From NCBI GenBank assembly GCA_910585525.1, contig CAJUFR010000006.1, positions 4,506 through 68,505 on the forward strand: a stretch of DNA of 64,000 nt, written 5' to 3'. The notes under the pieces are model-generated. The model was not told the DNA's origin and did no database searches. It saw only the letters and a program-made list of their open reading frames with translations. Below are positions 17,676-26,915 of the stretch, piece by piece. The stretch's first letter is position 1. Every line of letters starts with the position of its first letter. The position numbers were made by a program, and so were the translations under genes. Source of the stretch: an uncultured Angelakisella sp. (lineage in GTDB: Bacteria; Bacillota; Clostridia; Oscillospirales; Ruminococcaceae).

Positions 17676-19235
17676 ATGGCGGATACCAATGTTGCCGTCT
17701 TGATGAAGGGCATCACCAAGGTCTATCCCAACGGCATCGCCGCCAACCAAGGGGTGGATTTCTCGGTAAAAAAGGGGGAGATCCACGCCCTGATGGGTGA
17801 GAACGGCGCGGGTAAATCCACCCTGATGAAGATGCTCTTCGGCCTGGAGCAGCCCACCGAAGGGGAGATCGTCATCAACGGGGAGAAGGTGAGCCTCACC
17901 TCCCCCACCGTGGCCATCTCCAAGGGCATCGGCATGGTGCACCAGCACTTCATGCTGGTCCCCAGCCTGACGGTGGCGGAAAACATCGTGCTGGGGATGG
18001 AGCCCACCAAGGGGATGTTCATCAACTACACCGAAGCGGTGCGCATCACCGAGGAGTTCTCCAAAAAGTATAACCTCCATGTGGAGCCCCACGCCAAGGT
18101 GATGGATATCCCCGTTGGCATGAAGCAGAAGGTGGAGATCCTCAAGGCCCTGGTGCGGGGCGCCAAGATCCTCATCCTGGACGAGCCCACCGCCGTCCTC
18201 ACCAGCCAGGAGACCGCCGAACTGTTCAAGGAACTGATCCACTTTAAGGAGCAGGGACATACCATCATCTTCATCTCCCACAAGCTGAAGGAGATCAAGC
18301 AGATCACCGACCGCATGACCATCATGCGGGCCGGCAAGTCCATGGGCGTCTTTAACACCGCCGACGTGTCGGAGCAGGATATCTCCCGCCTGATGGTGGG
18401 CCGGGACGTGGTGCTGAAGGTAGAAAAGGAAAAGGCGCAGCCCACCGATACCGTCCTCAAGGTGGAGGACGTCCACTACGAAAACGAGTACGGCAAAAAG
18501 ATGCTGAACGGCGTCTCCTTCTCGGTGCGCAAGGGGGAGATACTGGGCATCGCCGGTGTGGAGGGCAACGGCCAGCGGGAACTGGTGAGCATGCTCTTCG
18601 ATATGGTCCCCCCCGATTCCGGCACCATCACGGTGGAGGGACAGAACGTCACCGGGGCGGGACAGTCCCGCATCCGCAGCATGGGGGTCTCCCACATCCC
18701 GGAGGACCGGATGACCTACGGCGCCGCCGGCACCGCCTCCATCGAGGAGAACCTTATCTCCGACCGGTTCGACAAGCCGGCCTTCAACAAAGGCATCCTC
18801 TTTGACATGGACGCCATCCACAAGACCAGCGACCAGCTGATCCAGGACTACCTCATCCTCTGCCGCAGCGGCAAGCAGCAGGTGAAGATGCTCTCCGGCG
18901 GCAACATCCAGAAGGTGGTGGTGGCCCGGGAGTTCTCCTGCGACCCCAAGCTGATCATCGCCGACCAGCCCACCCGCGGCATCGACGTCGGCGCCACCGA
19001 GTTCATCCGCCGCAAGCTGGTGGAACTGAGCCGTGAGGGGGCCGCCGTGCTGCTGGTCTCCGCCGACCTCAACGAGGTGATGGAGCTTTCCGACAGCCTG
19101 ATGGTATTCTGCGGCGGCGAGATCGTCGCCTACTTCGAGGACACCTCTACCCTGACCGACGAGGAGATGGGCGAATACATGCTTGGCCTCAAGCGTCAGT
19201 CCCCCGAGGAGATAAGGAGGGTCATCCATGCATAA
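17676..19235 (+). CDS. ABC transporter ATP-binding protein (tandem ATPase domains)
   Basis: Track ORF trimmed to ATG at 17676 after GAGGAGGA. It has Walker A GENGAGKST and a second domain with LSGGNIQKV. Confidence 0.9.
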   Translation: MADTNVAVLMKGITKVYPNGIAANQGVDFSVKKGEIHALMGENGAGKSTLMKMLFGLEQPTEGEIVINGEKVSLTSPTVAISKGIGMVHQHFMLVPSLTVAENIVLGMEPTKGMFINYTEAVRITEEFSKKYNLHVEPHAKVMDIPVGMKQKVEILKALVRGAKILILDEPTAVLTSQETAELFKELIHFKEQGHTIIFISHKLKEIKQITDRMTIMRAGKSMGVFNTADVSEQDISRLMVGRDVVLKVEKEKAQPTDTVLKVEDVHYENEYGKKMLNGVSFSVRKGEILGIAGVEGNGQRELVSMLFDMVPPDSGTITVEGQNVTGAGQSRIRSMGVSHIPEDRMTYGAAGTASIEENLISDRFDKPAFNKGILFDMDAIHKTSDQLIQDYLILCRSGKQQVKMLSGGNIQKVVVAREFSCDPKLIIADQPTRGIDVGATEFIRRKLVELSREGAAVLLVSADLNEVMELSDSLMVFCGGEIVAYFEDTSTLTDEEMGEYMLGLKRQSPEEIRRVIHA

Positions 19236-20319
19236 GAATCTGAAATTCGAGATCGTCCGCGGGGCCGCCTCCATCCTGCTGGCCCTGGCGGTGGCCATGA
19301 TCTTTATCTTCATCATCAGCGACGTCCCCTTCGAGGCGCTGTATAACCTCATCATCGGGCCGTTCACCAAACTCCGGTACCTCTGGATCATCCTGGAGCG
19401 GATGATCCCCATCATCTTCACCGGCCTTGGCGTCTGCGTCATGTTCCAGGCCAACCAGTTCAACCTGGCGGGGGAGGGCACCCTCTTCTTCGGCGGCCTG
19501 GTGGCGGCGGCGGTGGCCATCTACCTGCCCATGCCCCCCGTCCTCCATGTCATCGTGGCTATCGTCATCGCCTCAGTGGTGGCTGCGGCTACCATGCTCA
19601 TCCCCGCCCTCCTCAAGACCAAGCTGGGGGCCAGCGAGATGGTCTCCTCCCTGATGCTCAACTACATCCTGCTCCAGCTGGGGGTCTACATCCTCAACTG
19701 GCATATGGCGGACCGGACCCAGGGCGCCACCATGTCCCACCAGTTCCTGGACACCGCCCGCATCCCCATCCTGGTGCAGCGCAGCAACCTCAGCTGGGGC
19801 ATCGTCATCGCCCTGATCATGACGGTACTGGTCTACCTGTTCATGTACCGCACCAAGTGGGGCTACGCCATCCGCATGGTGGGCCAGAACCAGAGTTTTG
19901 CCAAATACTCCGGCATCAAGGTGGCCGCCACCATCATCCTCTGCCAGGTCATCGGCGGCCTGCTCTCCGGCATGGGTGGCGCCGTGGAGATCCTGGGCTA
20001 CTTTGACCGCTTCAAGTGGCGGCAGCTGCCCGGCTACGGCTGGGACGGCGTCACCATCGCCATCCTTGCCAAGAACAACCCCCTCTTCATCCCCCTGGCC
20101 GCCTTCTTCATGTCCTACCTCAAGCAGGGCTGCAACCTGATGCAGCTGAACACCGACGTCCCCGCCGAGATGCTGAGCATCATCCAGGCGGTGATCTTCC
20201 TGTTCTTTGCCGCCGAGCAGTTCCTGAGCAAGTACCGCCAGAAGCTGGTGGTCAAGAGCGCCAAGGAGGAGATCGCGGAAAAGAAAGCCGCGGGCGAGCA
20301 GAAAGGAGCTGAGGCGTAA
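19228..20319 (+). CDS. ABC transporter permease
   Basis: Track ORF of 363 aa, polytopic, overlapping the ATPase stop. Confidence 0.85.
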   Translation: MHKNLKFEIVRGAASILLALAVAMIFIFIISDVPFEALYNLIIGPFTKLRYLWIILERMIPIIFTGLGVCVMFQANQFNLAGEGTLFFGGLVAAAVAIYLPMPPVLHVIVAIVIASVVAAATMLIPALLKTKLGASEMVSSLMLNYILLQLGVYILNWHMADRTQGATMSHQFLDTARIPILVQRSNLSWGIVIALIMTVLVYLFMYRTKWGYAIRMVGQNQSFAKYSGIKVAATIILCQVIGGLLSGMGGAVEILGYFDRFKWRQLPGYGWDGVTIAILAKNNPLFIPLAAFFMSYLKQGCNLMQLNTDVPAEMLSIIQAVIFLFFAAEQFLSKYRQKLVVKSAKEEIAEKKAAGEQKGAEA

Positions 20320-21245
20320 TGTTACAAAGCATCATCGGCATCATCTTTTCCGAAGCCTTCGTCTTTTCCATCTTCCGCATCACCACCCCCATCCTCTTCG
20401 CCGCCCTGGCGGCGGTGGTGGCCGACCGGGCCGGGGTGACCAACATCGGTCTTGAGGGTATCATGATGATCTCCGCCCTCACCGGCGTCATCTTCTCCGC
20501 CTGGACCCAGAGCGCCTGGATCGGCCTGCTCTGCGCCATCCTGCTGGGGATGCTCACCGCCCTGATGATCGGCTTCTTCGCCCTGAAGCTGAAGACCGAT
20601 ATCATCCTGGCCGGTATCGCTGTCAACATGCTGGGCAACGGCGGCACGGTGTTCTTCATGTACCTGGCCTCCGGTGACCGTGGCTACTCCGCCAACCTGG
20701 CCAGCAAGGTGATGCCCACCGTCAACATCCCTGTTTTGCAGGATATCCCGGTGCTGGGGGGCATCCTCTCCGGCCACAACATCCTCACCTACCTGGCCTT
20801 CATCTTTGTGGCGCTGGTGTGGGTGCTGCTGTACAAGACCCCCATGGGCCTCCAGATCCGGGCCGTGGGCGAGAGCCCCAATGCCGCCGACTCGGTGGGC
20901 GTCAGCGTCAACCGCATCAAGTACATCGCCCTGGGCATCTCCGGGGCGCTGGCGGGGATGGGCGGCGCCTTCATGTCCATGGGCTACATGTCCAGCTTCA
21001 ACACCAACATGACCGCCGGCCGCGGCTTCATCGCCCTGGCCGCCGAGGCCATGGGCCGGGGGGAACCCATCGGAACGATGCTCACCTCCCTGCTGTTCGG
21101 CTTCGCCGACGCCCTGGCCAACAACATGCAGAGCCTGGGCCTGCCTCAGGAGTTGGTAGCCATGACCCCCTATGTCTTTACCGTGGTGGGCCTGGCCGTC
21201 TACGCCGCCAGCACCCTCAAAAAGAGCCGGAAGAAGCTGGAGTGA
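20319..21245 (+). CDS. ABC transporter permease
   Basis: Track ORF of 308 aa, polytopic, with ATG overlapping the previous stop. Confidence 0.85.
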   Translation: MLQSIIGIIFSEAFVFSIFRITTPILFAALAAVVADRAGVTNIGLEGIMMISALTGVIFSAWTQSAWIGLLCAILLGMLTALMIGFFALKLKTDIILAGIAVNMLGNGGTVFFMYLASGDRGYSANLASKVMPTVNIPVLQDIPVLGGILSGHNILTYLAFIFVALVWVLLYKTPMGLQIRAVGESPNAADSVGVSVNRIKYIALGISGALAGMGGAFMSMGYMSSFNTNMTAGRGFIALAAEAMGRGEPIGTMLTSLLFGFADALANNMQSLGLPQELVAMTPYVFTVVGLAVYAASTLKKSRKKLE

Positions 21246-21359
21246 TCCTCCGCTTCCATCATACCGCATAAGGACCGGAGGGGATATGAGATTTCTCATA
21301 TCCCCCGGCCGTTTTCCGGGGTATGATAAGGTATCCGATGTGAAAGGACGTGTCCAAAT

Positions 21360-21710
21360 ATGGATATGGATCTCAGACAAACGATCGCCCCCTTCTCCTG
21401 GGCAGACCTTCCCTCCGGCGCATCTTCTGTATCTCTTGATGTGGGGAACTATCTCCAGGAGGTTTTTGACACCCGGGCCGAGGAAGGCTTTCTGGGAAAT
21501 GGCTACGACTGGGAGAGCCTGGCCCAGGTCTTTCTTGCCGAGCGGTGCCCTCAGCTGGAGGGCGAGATCAACTTCGACCCGGAGGCGAGTACCTTCTGCG
21601 TCTACTCCAAAAACAAAGAGGCGCTGCGGGATTTTATCCTCCGCTTCAAGGCCGCCTGTGAGGACCGGGCGCTGATCCTGGACCTGTTCCGGCGGGCCGA
21701 GCTGGACTAA
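21360..21710 (+). CDS. hypothetical protein, Imm51-like (immunity-protein-like)
   Basis: Track ORF of 116 aa. GNGYDWESLAQVFL...FDPEASTFCVYSKNKEAL...ACEDRALILDLFRRAELD resembles the immunity-51 family as I recall it. Confidence 0.5.
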   Translation: MDMDLRQTIAPFSWADLPSGASSVSLDVGNYLQEVFDTRAEEGFLGNGYDWESLAQVFLAERCPQLEGEINFDPEASTFCVYSKNKEALRDFILRFKAACEDRALILDLFRRAELD

Positions 21711-21726
21711 AGAAAGGAACGATACC

Positions 21727-22668
21727 ATGACAAGACCCATCCCCGTCATCCTGGACGGCGACCCCGGCCACGACGACGCCATCGCCTGGGTACTGGCAAA
21801 GGCCAGCACCTGCCTGAAGATACTGGCTGTCACCTCGGTGTGCGGCAACCAGGTCATCGAAAAGACCACCTACAACGCCCAGCGCATCATGGCCCTCATC
21901 GGGCTGGACGTCCCTGTTGCCAAGGGGGATCCCCGGCCCATCATCGCCGAGCCCATCATCGCCCCGGTGGTCCACGGCCAGTCCGGCCTGGACGGCCCCG
22001 CCCTGCCGGAGCCCAAGACCCAGCTGAGCCCCCTTTCCGCCGTGGAACTCATGGCCCAGGCCATCGCTGACAGCGAGGAGCCCGTCACCCTGATCCCCAC
22101 CGGCCCCCTGACCAACGTGGCCAAGCTGCTGCTGGCCTACCCGGACCTGAAGCCCAAGATCGCCCAGATCTCCCTGATGGGGGGCGGCGTCAAGATGGGC
22201 AACTGGACCCCCGCCGCCGAGTTCAATATCCTGGTGGACCCGGAGGCCGCCCGGCTGGTGTTCCGCTCCGGCATCCCCATCATCATGGCGGGGCTGGACG
22301 TCACCGAAAAGGCCCTGGTCTGCCCCGAGGACTTCCAGCGCATCCGGGCCGTGGGCAACCAGGTGGCGGTAACGGTGGCCGACTGGCTGGAGTTCTTCTA
22401 CCAGTTCCACAAGACCATGGACTACCCCGGCGCCCCCATCCACGACGCCGTGGCGGTGGCGGCGCTGGTGAAGCCGGAGATACTCACCATGCAGGAGATG
22501 TATGTGGATGTAGAGGTCTCCGGCGACTACTGCACGGGCTGCACCGTTGGGGACTGGTTCGGCACCAGCGGCAAAAAGCCCAACGTCAAGGTGCTGCTGG
22601 ACATCGACCGGGAGGCCTTTGTGGACCTGCTGGTGGATGCGGTCAAGACCTACGGGGAGGTGGAGTAA
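21727..22668 (+). CDS. nucleoside hydrolase (IUNH family)
   Basis: Track ORF of 313 aa with the N-terminal DGDPGHDDAIA aspartate cluster. Confidence 0.85.
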   Translation: MTRPIPVILDGDPGHDDAIAWVLAKASTCLKILAVTSVCGNQVIEKTTYNAQRIMALIGLDVPVAKGDPRPIIAEPIIAPVVHGQSGLDGPALPEPKTQLSPLSAVELMAQAIADSEEPVTLIPTGPLTNVAKLLLAYPDLKPKIAQISLMGGGVKMGNWTPAAEFNILVDPEAARLVFRSGIPIIMAGLDVTEKALVCPEDFQRIRAVGNQVAVTVADWLEFFYQFHKTMDYPGAPIHDAVAVAALVKPEILTMQEMYVDVEVSGDYCTGCTVGDWFGTSGKKPNVKVLLDIDREAFVDLLVDAVKTYGEVE

Positions 22669-23595
22669 ATGAGCGAGAAGAAGATACCGGTCATCATCGA
22701 CTGTGACCCGGGCTGCGACGACACCGCCGCCCTGCTGCTGGCCTTCCGCTGCCCGGAGTTTGACATCCGGGCCGTTACCACCGTGTCCGGCAACGTCTCC
22801 CTGGATAAGACCACCTACAACGCCCTTCGGGTCACCGAGGCCATCGGTTCCGACGTCCGGGTCTGTCCCGGGGCGGACCGTCCCATGTTCCGGGACGCGG
22901 TCTACGCCCCCCACGTCCACGGGGAGGACGGCCTGCTGGGCATCCCCCTCCCCGCCCCCCAAAAGAAGGCTTCCTTCTATAAGGCCTGGGACTTCATCTA
23001 TGAGGAAGCGGTGGCCCAGAAGGGGGAACTGGAGATCATCGCCGTGGGGCCCCTCACCAACCTGAGCATCGCCCTGGGCAAGTACAACGACCTGGCGGGA
23101 CTCATCAAACGGATCGTCATTATGGGCGGGGCCGCCCAGGGGGGCAACGTCACCCCCTGCGCCGAGTTCAACATCTACGTTGACCCGGAGGCCGCCAGCA
23201 TGGTGTTCCGCTCCGGCATCCCCCTCTGCGTCTGCGGCCTGGACGTGACCCTCAAGGCCTACCTCACCGCCCAGGAGATCAAGAACATCAAGGCCCTGGG
23301 CACCCCCCAGGCGGAACTCTTCGCCGGGGTCACCCAGGAGAACTGCGAGAAACGCTTCTGCCCGGCGGGGGCCCCCCTCCACGACCCGGCGGCGGTGCTG
23401 TTTGCCGCCGACAGCAGCTACTTCACCGTCCAGCGGTGCTGGATGGGGGTGGAGACCAAGGGGACCATCACCCTGGGCAAAACGGTGACCGATTGCTGGT
23501 CCGACGCCCAGAAGGAGCCCAATGTGGACCTGGTGCTGGACGTGGACCGGGAGCGGTTCGCAGCCAGGGTGAAGGAACTGATGGGGAAGTATTGA
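22669..23595 (+). CDS. nucleoside hydrolase (IUNH family), second paralogue
   Basis: Track ORF of 308 aa with DCDPGCDDTAAL. Its start abuts the previous stop. Confidence 0.85.
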   Translation: MSEKKIPVIIDCDPGCDDTAALLLAFRCPEFDIRAVTTVSGNVSLDKTTYNALRVTEAIGSDVRVCPGADRPMFRDAVYAPHVHGEDGLLGIPLPAPQKKASFYKAWDFIYEEAVAQKGELEIIAVGPLTNLSIALGKYNDLAGLIKRIVIMGGAAQGGNVTPCAEFNIYVDPEAASMVFRSGIPLCVCGLDVTLKAYLTAQEIKNIKALGTPQAELFAGVTQENCEKRFCPAGAPLHDPAAVLFAADSSYFTVQRCWMGVETKGTITLGKTVTDCWSDAQKEPNVDLVLDVDRERFAARVKELMGKY

Positions 23596-23617
23596 TCCCC
23601 CTGTCAACAGCATAAAG

Positions 23618-23651
23618 CGGCCCCCGGCAAAAGCTGCCAGGGGGCCGTTTT
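23618..23651 (+). terminator. intrinsic terminator of the nucleoside operon
   Basis: CGGCCCCCGGCA-aaag-CTGCCAGGGGGCCG followed by TTTT. Confidence 0.7.
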
Positions 23652-23658
23652 CCTGCAC

Positions 23659-23710
23659 AAAAACAGAAGGGCCGGCATGGGAAAGGGAGGTCCACACCGG
23701 CCCTTCTGTT
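23659..23710. terminator. second hairpin terminator (serves the convergent DMT genes)
   Basis: AAAAA-CAGAAGGGCCGG...CCGGCCCTTCTG-TT. Confidence 0.55.
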
Positions 23711-23721
23711 GGGAAAGGGCG

Positions 23722-24201
23722 CTATTTCGTTTCCGCCGGCTGGGGCTGCTCCGGCTCTGGCTGGGGCTTGCTGGCGCCGGCCCACCATACTCCCGCGCAG
23801 ACCAGGCAGAGACCCAGCAGTTCCCGCAGGCCCACCCGGCCGGAGAGGGTGTCCATGACGAACCCGGCCAGCAGCTGCCCCGCCAGCACCACAATGGCGG
23901 ACACCGCCACCGGCACCTTCTCCATCCCCTTGATGGTGAGGATCATAGCGATAAGCCCAAAGAGACCCCCCAGGTAGTAGACCAGGGGTATCTGGCCCAG
24001 GTAGACCGGCTGCACCAGGTGCCGCTCCCCCAGCAGCAGCGACAGGGCGAAGGCCAGGGCGGTGCCCTCCAGGTAGTTGATGAGGGTGCCGTTGGCCATC
24101 CCCAGCACCTGCTTGGCACGGACGTTCACCATCTTGTTGATGATGTTAAGGCCCCCGTTAAGGAAGGCCACCAGGATCACGAACGGTATCATCTTCCCCA
24201 C
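23722..24201 (-). CDS. DMT-superfamily half-size transporter (YdcZ/DUF606-like)
   Basis: Track ORF of 159 aa with about 5 TM segments, paired with a similar upstream gene. Confidence 0.7.
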   Translation of the reverse strand: MGKMIPFVILVAFLNGGLNIINKMVNVRAKQVLGMANGTLINYLEGTALAFALSLLLGERHLVQPVYLGQIPLVYYLGGLFGLIAMILTIKGMEKVPVAVSAIVVLAGQLLAGFVMDTLSGRVGLRELLGLCLVCAGVWWAGASKPQPEPEQPQPAETK

Positions 24202-24205
24202 CCCC

Positions 24206-24631
24206 TTACCAAAGCATCAGGCCCAGGCCGGCCAGGATCAGGAGGTAAGGCGGCAGCCTTCTCCAACTCCACCGCACCACCGGGACCCCGAACATGCCGT
24301 AATGGTCCACCAGGGCGGAGGCCGCCATCTGGCCGAACACCGACACCGCCATGGTCAGCGCCGCCCCCACCCGGTTGGCGCAGAAGCTGCTGCTGGTGAC
24401 CAGGGCCACCCCCATGATGCCCACAAAGTAGACGTAAAGGGGGGCGCCCCCCAGGCGTATTTTACCGCCGCCCCGGATGAAGATGTGCAGAAGCAGCAGC
24501 ACCGCCCCGATGGCGTGGACAAAGAAACAGACCTCCAGCAGGGAGAGGTGGTCGGCCAGGATGCCGTCGATGCTCACCATCAGCCCCTGGCAGGCGCCTC
24601 CCAAAAGCAACAAAAGATAACTCGTATCCAT
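24206..24631 (-). CDS. DMT-superfamily half-size transporter (YdcZ/DUF606-like)
   Basis: Track ORF of 141 aa with about 5 TM segments. Confidence 0.7.
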   Translation of the reverse strand: MDTSYLLLLLGGACQGLMVSIDGILADHLSLLEVCFFVHAIGAVLLLLHIFIRGGGKIRLGGAPLYVYFVGIMGVALVTSSSFCANRVGAALTMAVSVFGQMAASALVDHYGMFGVPVVRWSWRRLPPYLLILAGLGLMLW

Positions 24632-24685
24632 CCCCTCTTTTCTTTTTGCTGGAACTATGATACGATAGGAGAGGATAAAAAACTA

Positions 24686-24697
24686 TGAGAATTCTCA
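24686..24697. promoter_or_regulatory. 12-bp perfect palindrome next to the Crp-family gene RBS
   Basis: TGAGAATTCTCA sits 4 nt upstream of AGGAGG, in the divergent region between the DMT pair and the Crp-family gene. Confidence 0.35.
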
Positions 24698-24713
24698 CAC
24701 AGGAGGCAGACAG

Positions 24714-25349
24714 ATGGCGGATATCAGCAGCTGGGGGCAGGAGTTCTTCTCCTTCGACATCAGCCCCTACCTGGAGGAACGGCAGTACCAGCCGGGGGAC
24801 TACATCCTGCGGGAAGGGTCTATCCCCCAGCACCTCTACTTTTTGACCCGGGGGCGGATCAAGGTCTACACCACCCACAAAAACGGCAAGATATCCCTTC
24901 TCAGCTTCCCCTCCGCCCCGGACCTCATTGGGGATACCGAACTACTGGAGGCAAACAAGGAGTCCCTTTGCGTCCAGGCCCTGACCCCCTGTCACTTCAT
25001 GGTGGTGGACACCCGGCGCTGCCGGGAACAGCTGAAGGAGGACCCCAAGTTCCTGTGGTTTTTGTGCAATCACATCTCCCGGCGAAGCAACCGGTGCACC
25101 GAGACGCTGGCCCGGGGCCAGGCTTACCCCCTGCGCAACCAGCTGGCCGCCTTCCTGCTGATGGCGGCGGAAGGGGACCTTTACCGGGAGCGCCACACCG
25201 AGGCGGCGGAGTACCTGGGGGTCAGCTACCGCCACCTCCTTTACGTCCTGGCGGAGTTCCGGGACGAGGGTCTTATCACCAAGGAGAAGGACGGCTACCG
25301 CATCACCGGCCGCCAGGGGCTGGAGGAACTGGCAGCGGAGACAGAGTGA
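24714..25349 (+). CDS. Crp/Fnr family transcriptional regulator
   Basis: Track ORF of 211 aa with a cNMP-binding-like beta-roll (GDYILREG..LYFLTRGRIKVY) and a C-terminal HTH (EAAEYLGVSYRHLLYVLAEF). Confidence 0.8.
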   Translation: MADISSWGQEFFSFDISPYLEERQYQPGDYILREGSIPQHLYFLTRGRIKVYTTHKNGKISLLSFPSAPDLIGDTELLEANKESLCVQALTPCHFMVVDTRRCREQLKEDPKFLWFLCNHISRRSNRCTETLARGQAYPLRNQLAAFLLMAAEGDLYRERHTEAAEYLGVSYRHLLYVLAEFRDEGLITKEKDGYRITGRQGLEELAAETE

Positions 25350-25353
25350 TCCC

Positions 25354-25406
25354 AAACGCAGAAGCCCCCGCCGGGGTGATCCCAGCAGGGGCCTTCTTTG
25401 CGTTTT
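25354..25406. terminator. bidirectional intrinsic terminator
   Basis: AAACGCAGAAGCCCC...GGGGCCTTCTTTGCGTTTT between convergent genes. Confidence 0.65.
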
Positions 25407-25416
25407 GGTCGGGGGC

Positions 25417-26601
25417 TTACGCCTCCAGGTTCTTGCCGTCCTTATCAAAGACGTGGCAGACGTTGCCGCCAAAGGTGAAGTAGATGCTGGCGCCGTGGCC
25501 GAAGGTCTCCCAGTGGTTGCCGCTGATGTCCAGGGTGGGGACGATGATGACCACATCCTTGCCGCCGGCGTTGGCGTGGAGGTGGATCTCGCTGCCCATC
25601 ATCTCGGAAACATCCACCTTAGCGGCGATGGCGTTGGTCTCGCTGCTGAGGATGATATGGCTGGGACGGACGCCCAGGGTGATATCCTGGGGGGTGACGT
25701 TCTTGGCCATCAGGGCCTTCTGCTTCTCCTCGCTGAGGGCGACACGCAGGGTGCCCACCTCCACCAGGTACTGGTCCTTATCCTTCACCAGCTTGGCGTC
25801 GAAGAGGTTCATCTGGGGGGTGCCGATGAAGCCGGCAACAAAGAGGTTGGCGGGATGGTCGTACACCTCCTGGGGGGTGCCGATCTGCTGGATAAAGCCG
25901 TCCTTCATGATGACGATGCGGTCACCCAGGGTCATGGCCTCGGTCTGGTCATGGGTAACGTACATGAAGGTGGTGTTGATGCGCTGGCGCAGCTTGATGA
26001 TCTCGGCGCGCATCTGGTTACGCAGCTTGGCGTCCAGGTTGGAAAGAGGCTCATCCATCAGCAGCACCTTGGGCTCCCGGACGATGGCCCGGCCGATGGC
26101 GACACGCTGCCGCTGGCCGCCGGAAAGGGCCTTGGGCTTGCGGTCCAGGTACTGGGTGATGTCCAGGATCTCGGCGGCCTCCTTGACCCGGCGGTCGATC
26201 TCCTCCTTGGGGGTCTTTTTCAGCTTCAGGGGGAAGGCCATGTTCTCGTACACCGTCATGTTGGGGTAGAGGGCGTAACTCTGGAACACCATGGCGATAT
26301 CACGGTCCTTGGGCTCCACGTTGTTCATCAGGGCGCCGTCGATGTACAGCTCGCCGCCGCTGATCTCCTCCAGGCCGGCCACCATCCGCAGGGTGGTGGA
26401 CTTACCGCAGCCGGAGGGGCCGACCAGGACGATGAATTCCTTGTCCTGGATGTCCAGGCTGAACTCCTGGACAGCGACAACGCCTTCGTCGGTGATCTGG
26501 AGATTGGTTTTCTTCTCCGGGGCGCCCTTCTTGGCCTTCTTCCTGTCGCCGCCGCTGTGGGGATAGACCTTCTTGATGTTCTTGAGATTCAGACTTGCCA
26601 T
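25417..26601 (-). CDS. MsmX/MsiK/UgpC-type sugar ABC transporter ATP-binding protein (stand-alone)
   Basis: Track ORF trimmed to ATG at 26601 (MASLNLKNIKKVY). Motifs are GPSGCGKST, LSGGQRQRVAIGRA and LLMDEPLSNLD. No permease or binding-protein gene is adjacent. Confidence 0.9.
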   Translation of the reverse strand: MASLNLKNIKKVYPHSGGDRKKAKKGAPEKKTNLQITDEGVVAVQEFSLDIQDKEFIVLVGPSGCGKSTTLRMVAGLEEISGGELYIDGALMNNVEPKDRDIAMVFQSYALYPNMTVYENMAFPLKLKKTPKEEIDRRVKEAAEILDITQYLDRKPKALSGGQRQRVAIGRAIVREPKVLLMDEPLSNLDAKLRNQMRAEIIKLRQRINTTFMYVTHDQTEAMTLGDRIVIMKDGFIQQIGTPQEVYDHPANLFVAGFIGTPQMNLFDAKLVKDKDQYLVEVGTLRVALSEEKQKALMAKNVTPQDITLGVRPSHIILSSETNAIAAKVDVSEMMGSEIHLHANAGGKDVVIIVPTLDISGNHWETFGHGASIYFTFGGNVCHVFDKDGKNLEA

Positions 26602-26838
26602 GACGACCGGTTTTGGTGGAGCGGCCTCCGCCGGACTCCAACTCGCCCCCGAGCCTAAGGCCCGCAAGGCATTACGACAGGTCTCCACACTGCCGCACCG
26701 CAAACCGTGGCGGAAAAAACTTCCTCCTTCGTTCAGTACCGGGGGCTATAATGTTGGAGTAGCCCCGCGGCCCGCAGATTTGATTTATGACCACGGCAGG
26801 ACGCCGCTATCACCTGGAACATTTACCCTGTTATTATA
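26602..26838 (-). promoter_or_regulatory. extended -10 promoter plus ~225-nt structured, SD-less leader of the MsmX-like gene
   Basis: Minus strand has TGcTATAAT at 26838-26833. The leader contains several GC hairpins, including GGGGCUA/UAGCCCC, GUGGAG/CUCCAC and GGCUCG-GGGG-CGAGUU. No GGAGG lies within 20 nt of the ATG. Confidence 0.45.
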
Positions 26839-26915
26839 GCACAGGAGGGGCCCCCGCGGCTATCAGCTTTTTTGCTAAAAATACCAGGGGATTTTTGGCA
26901 TCCGGCAAAAGAAAG

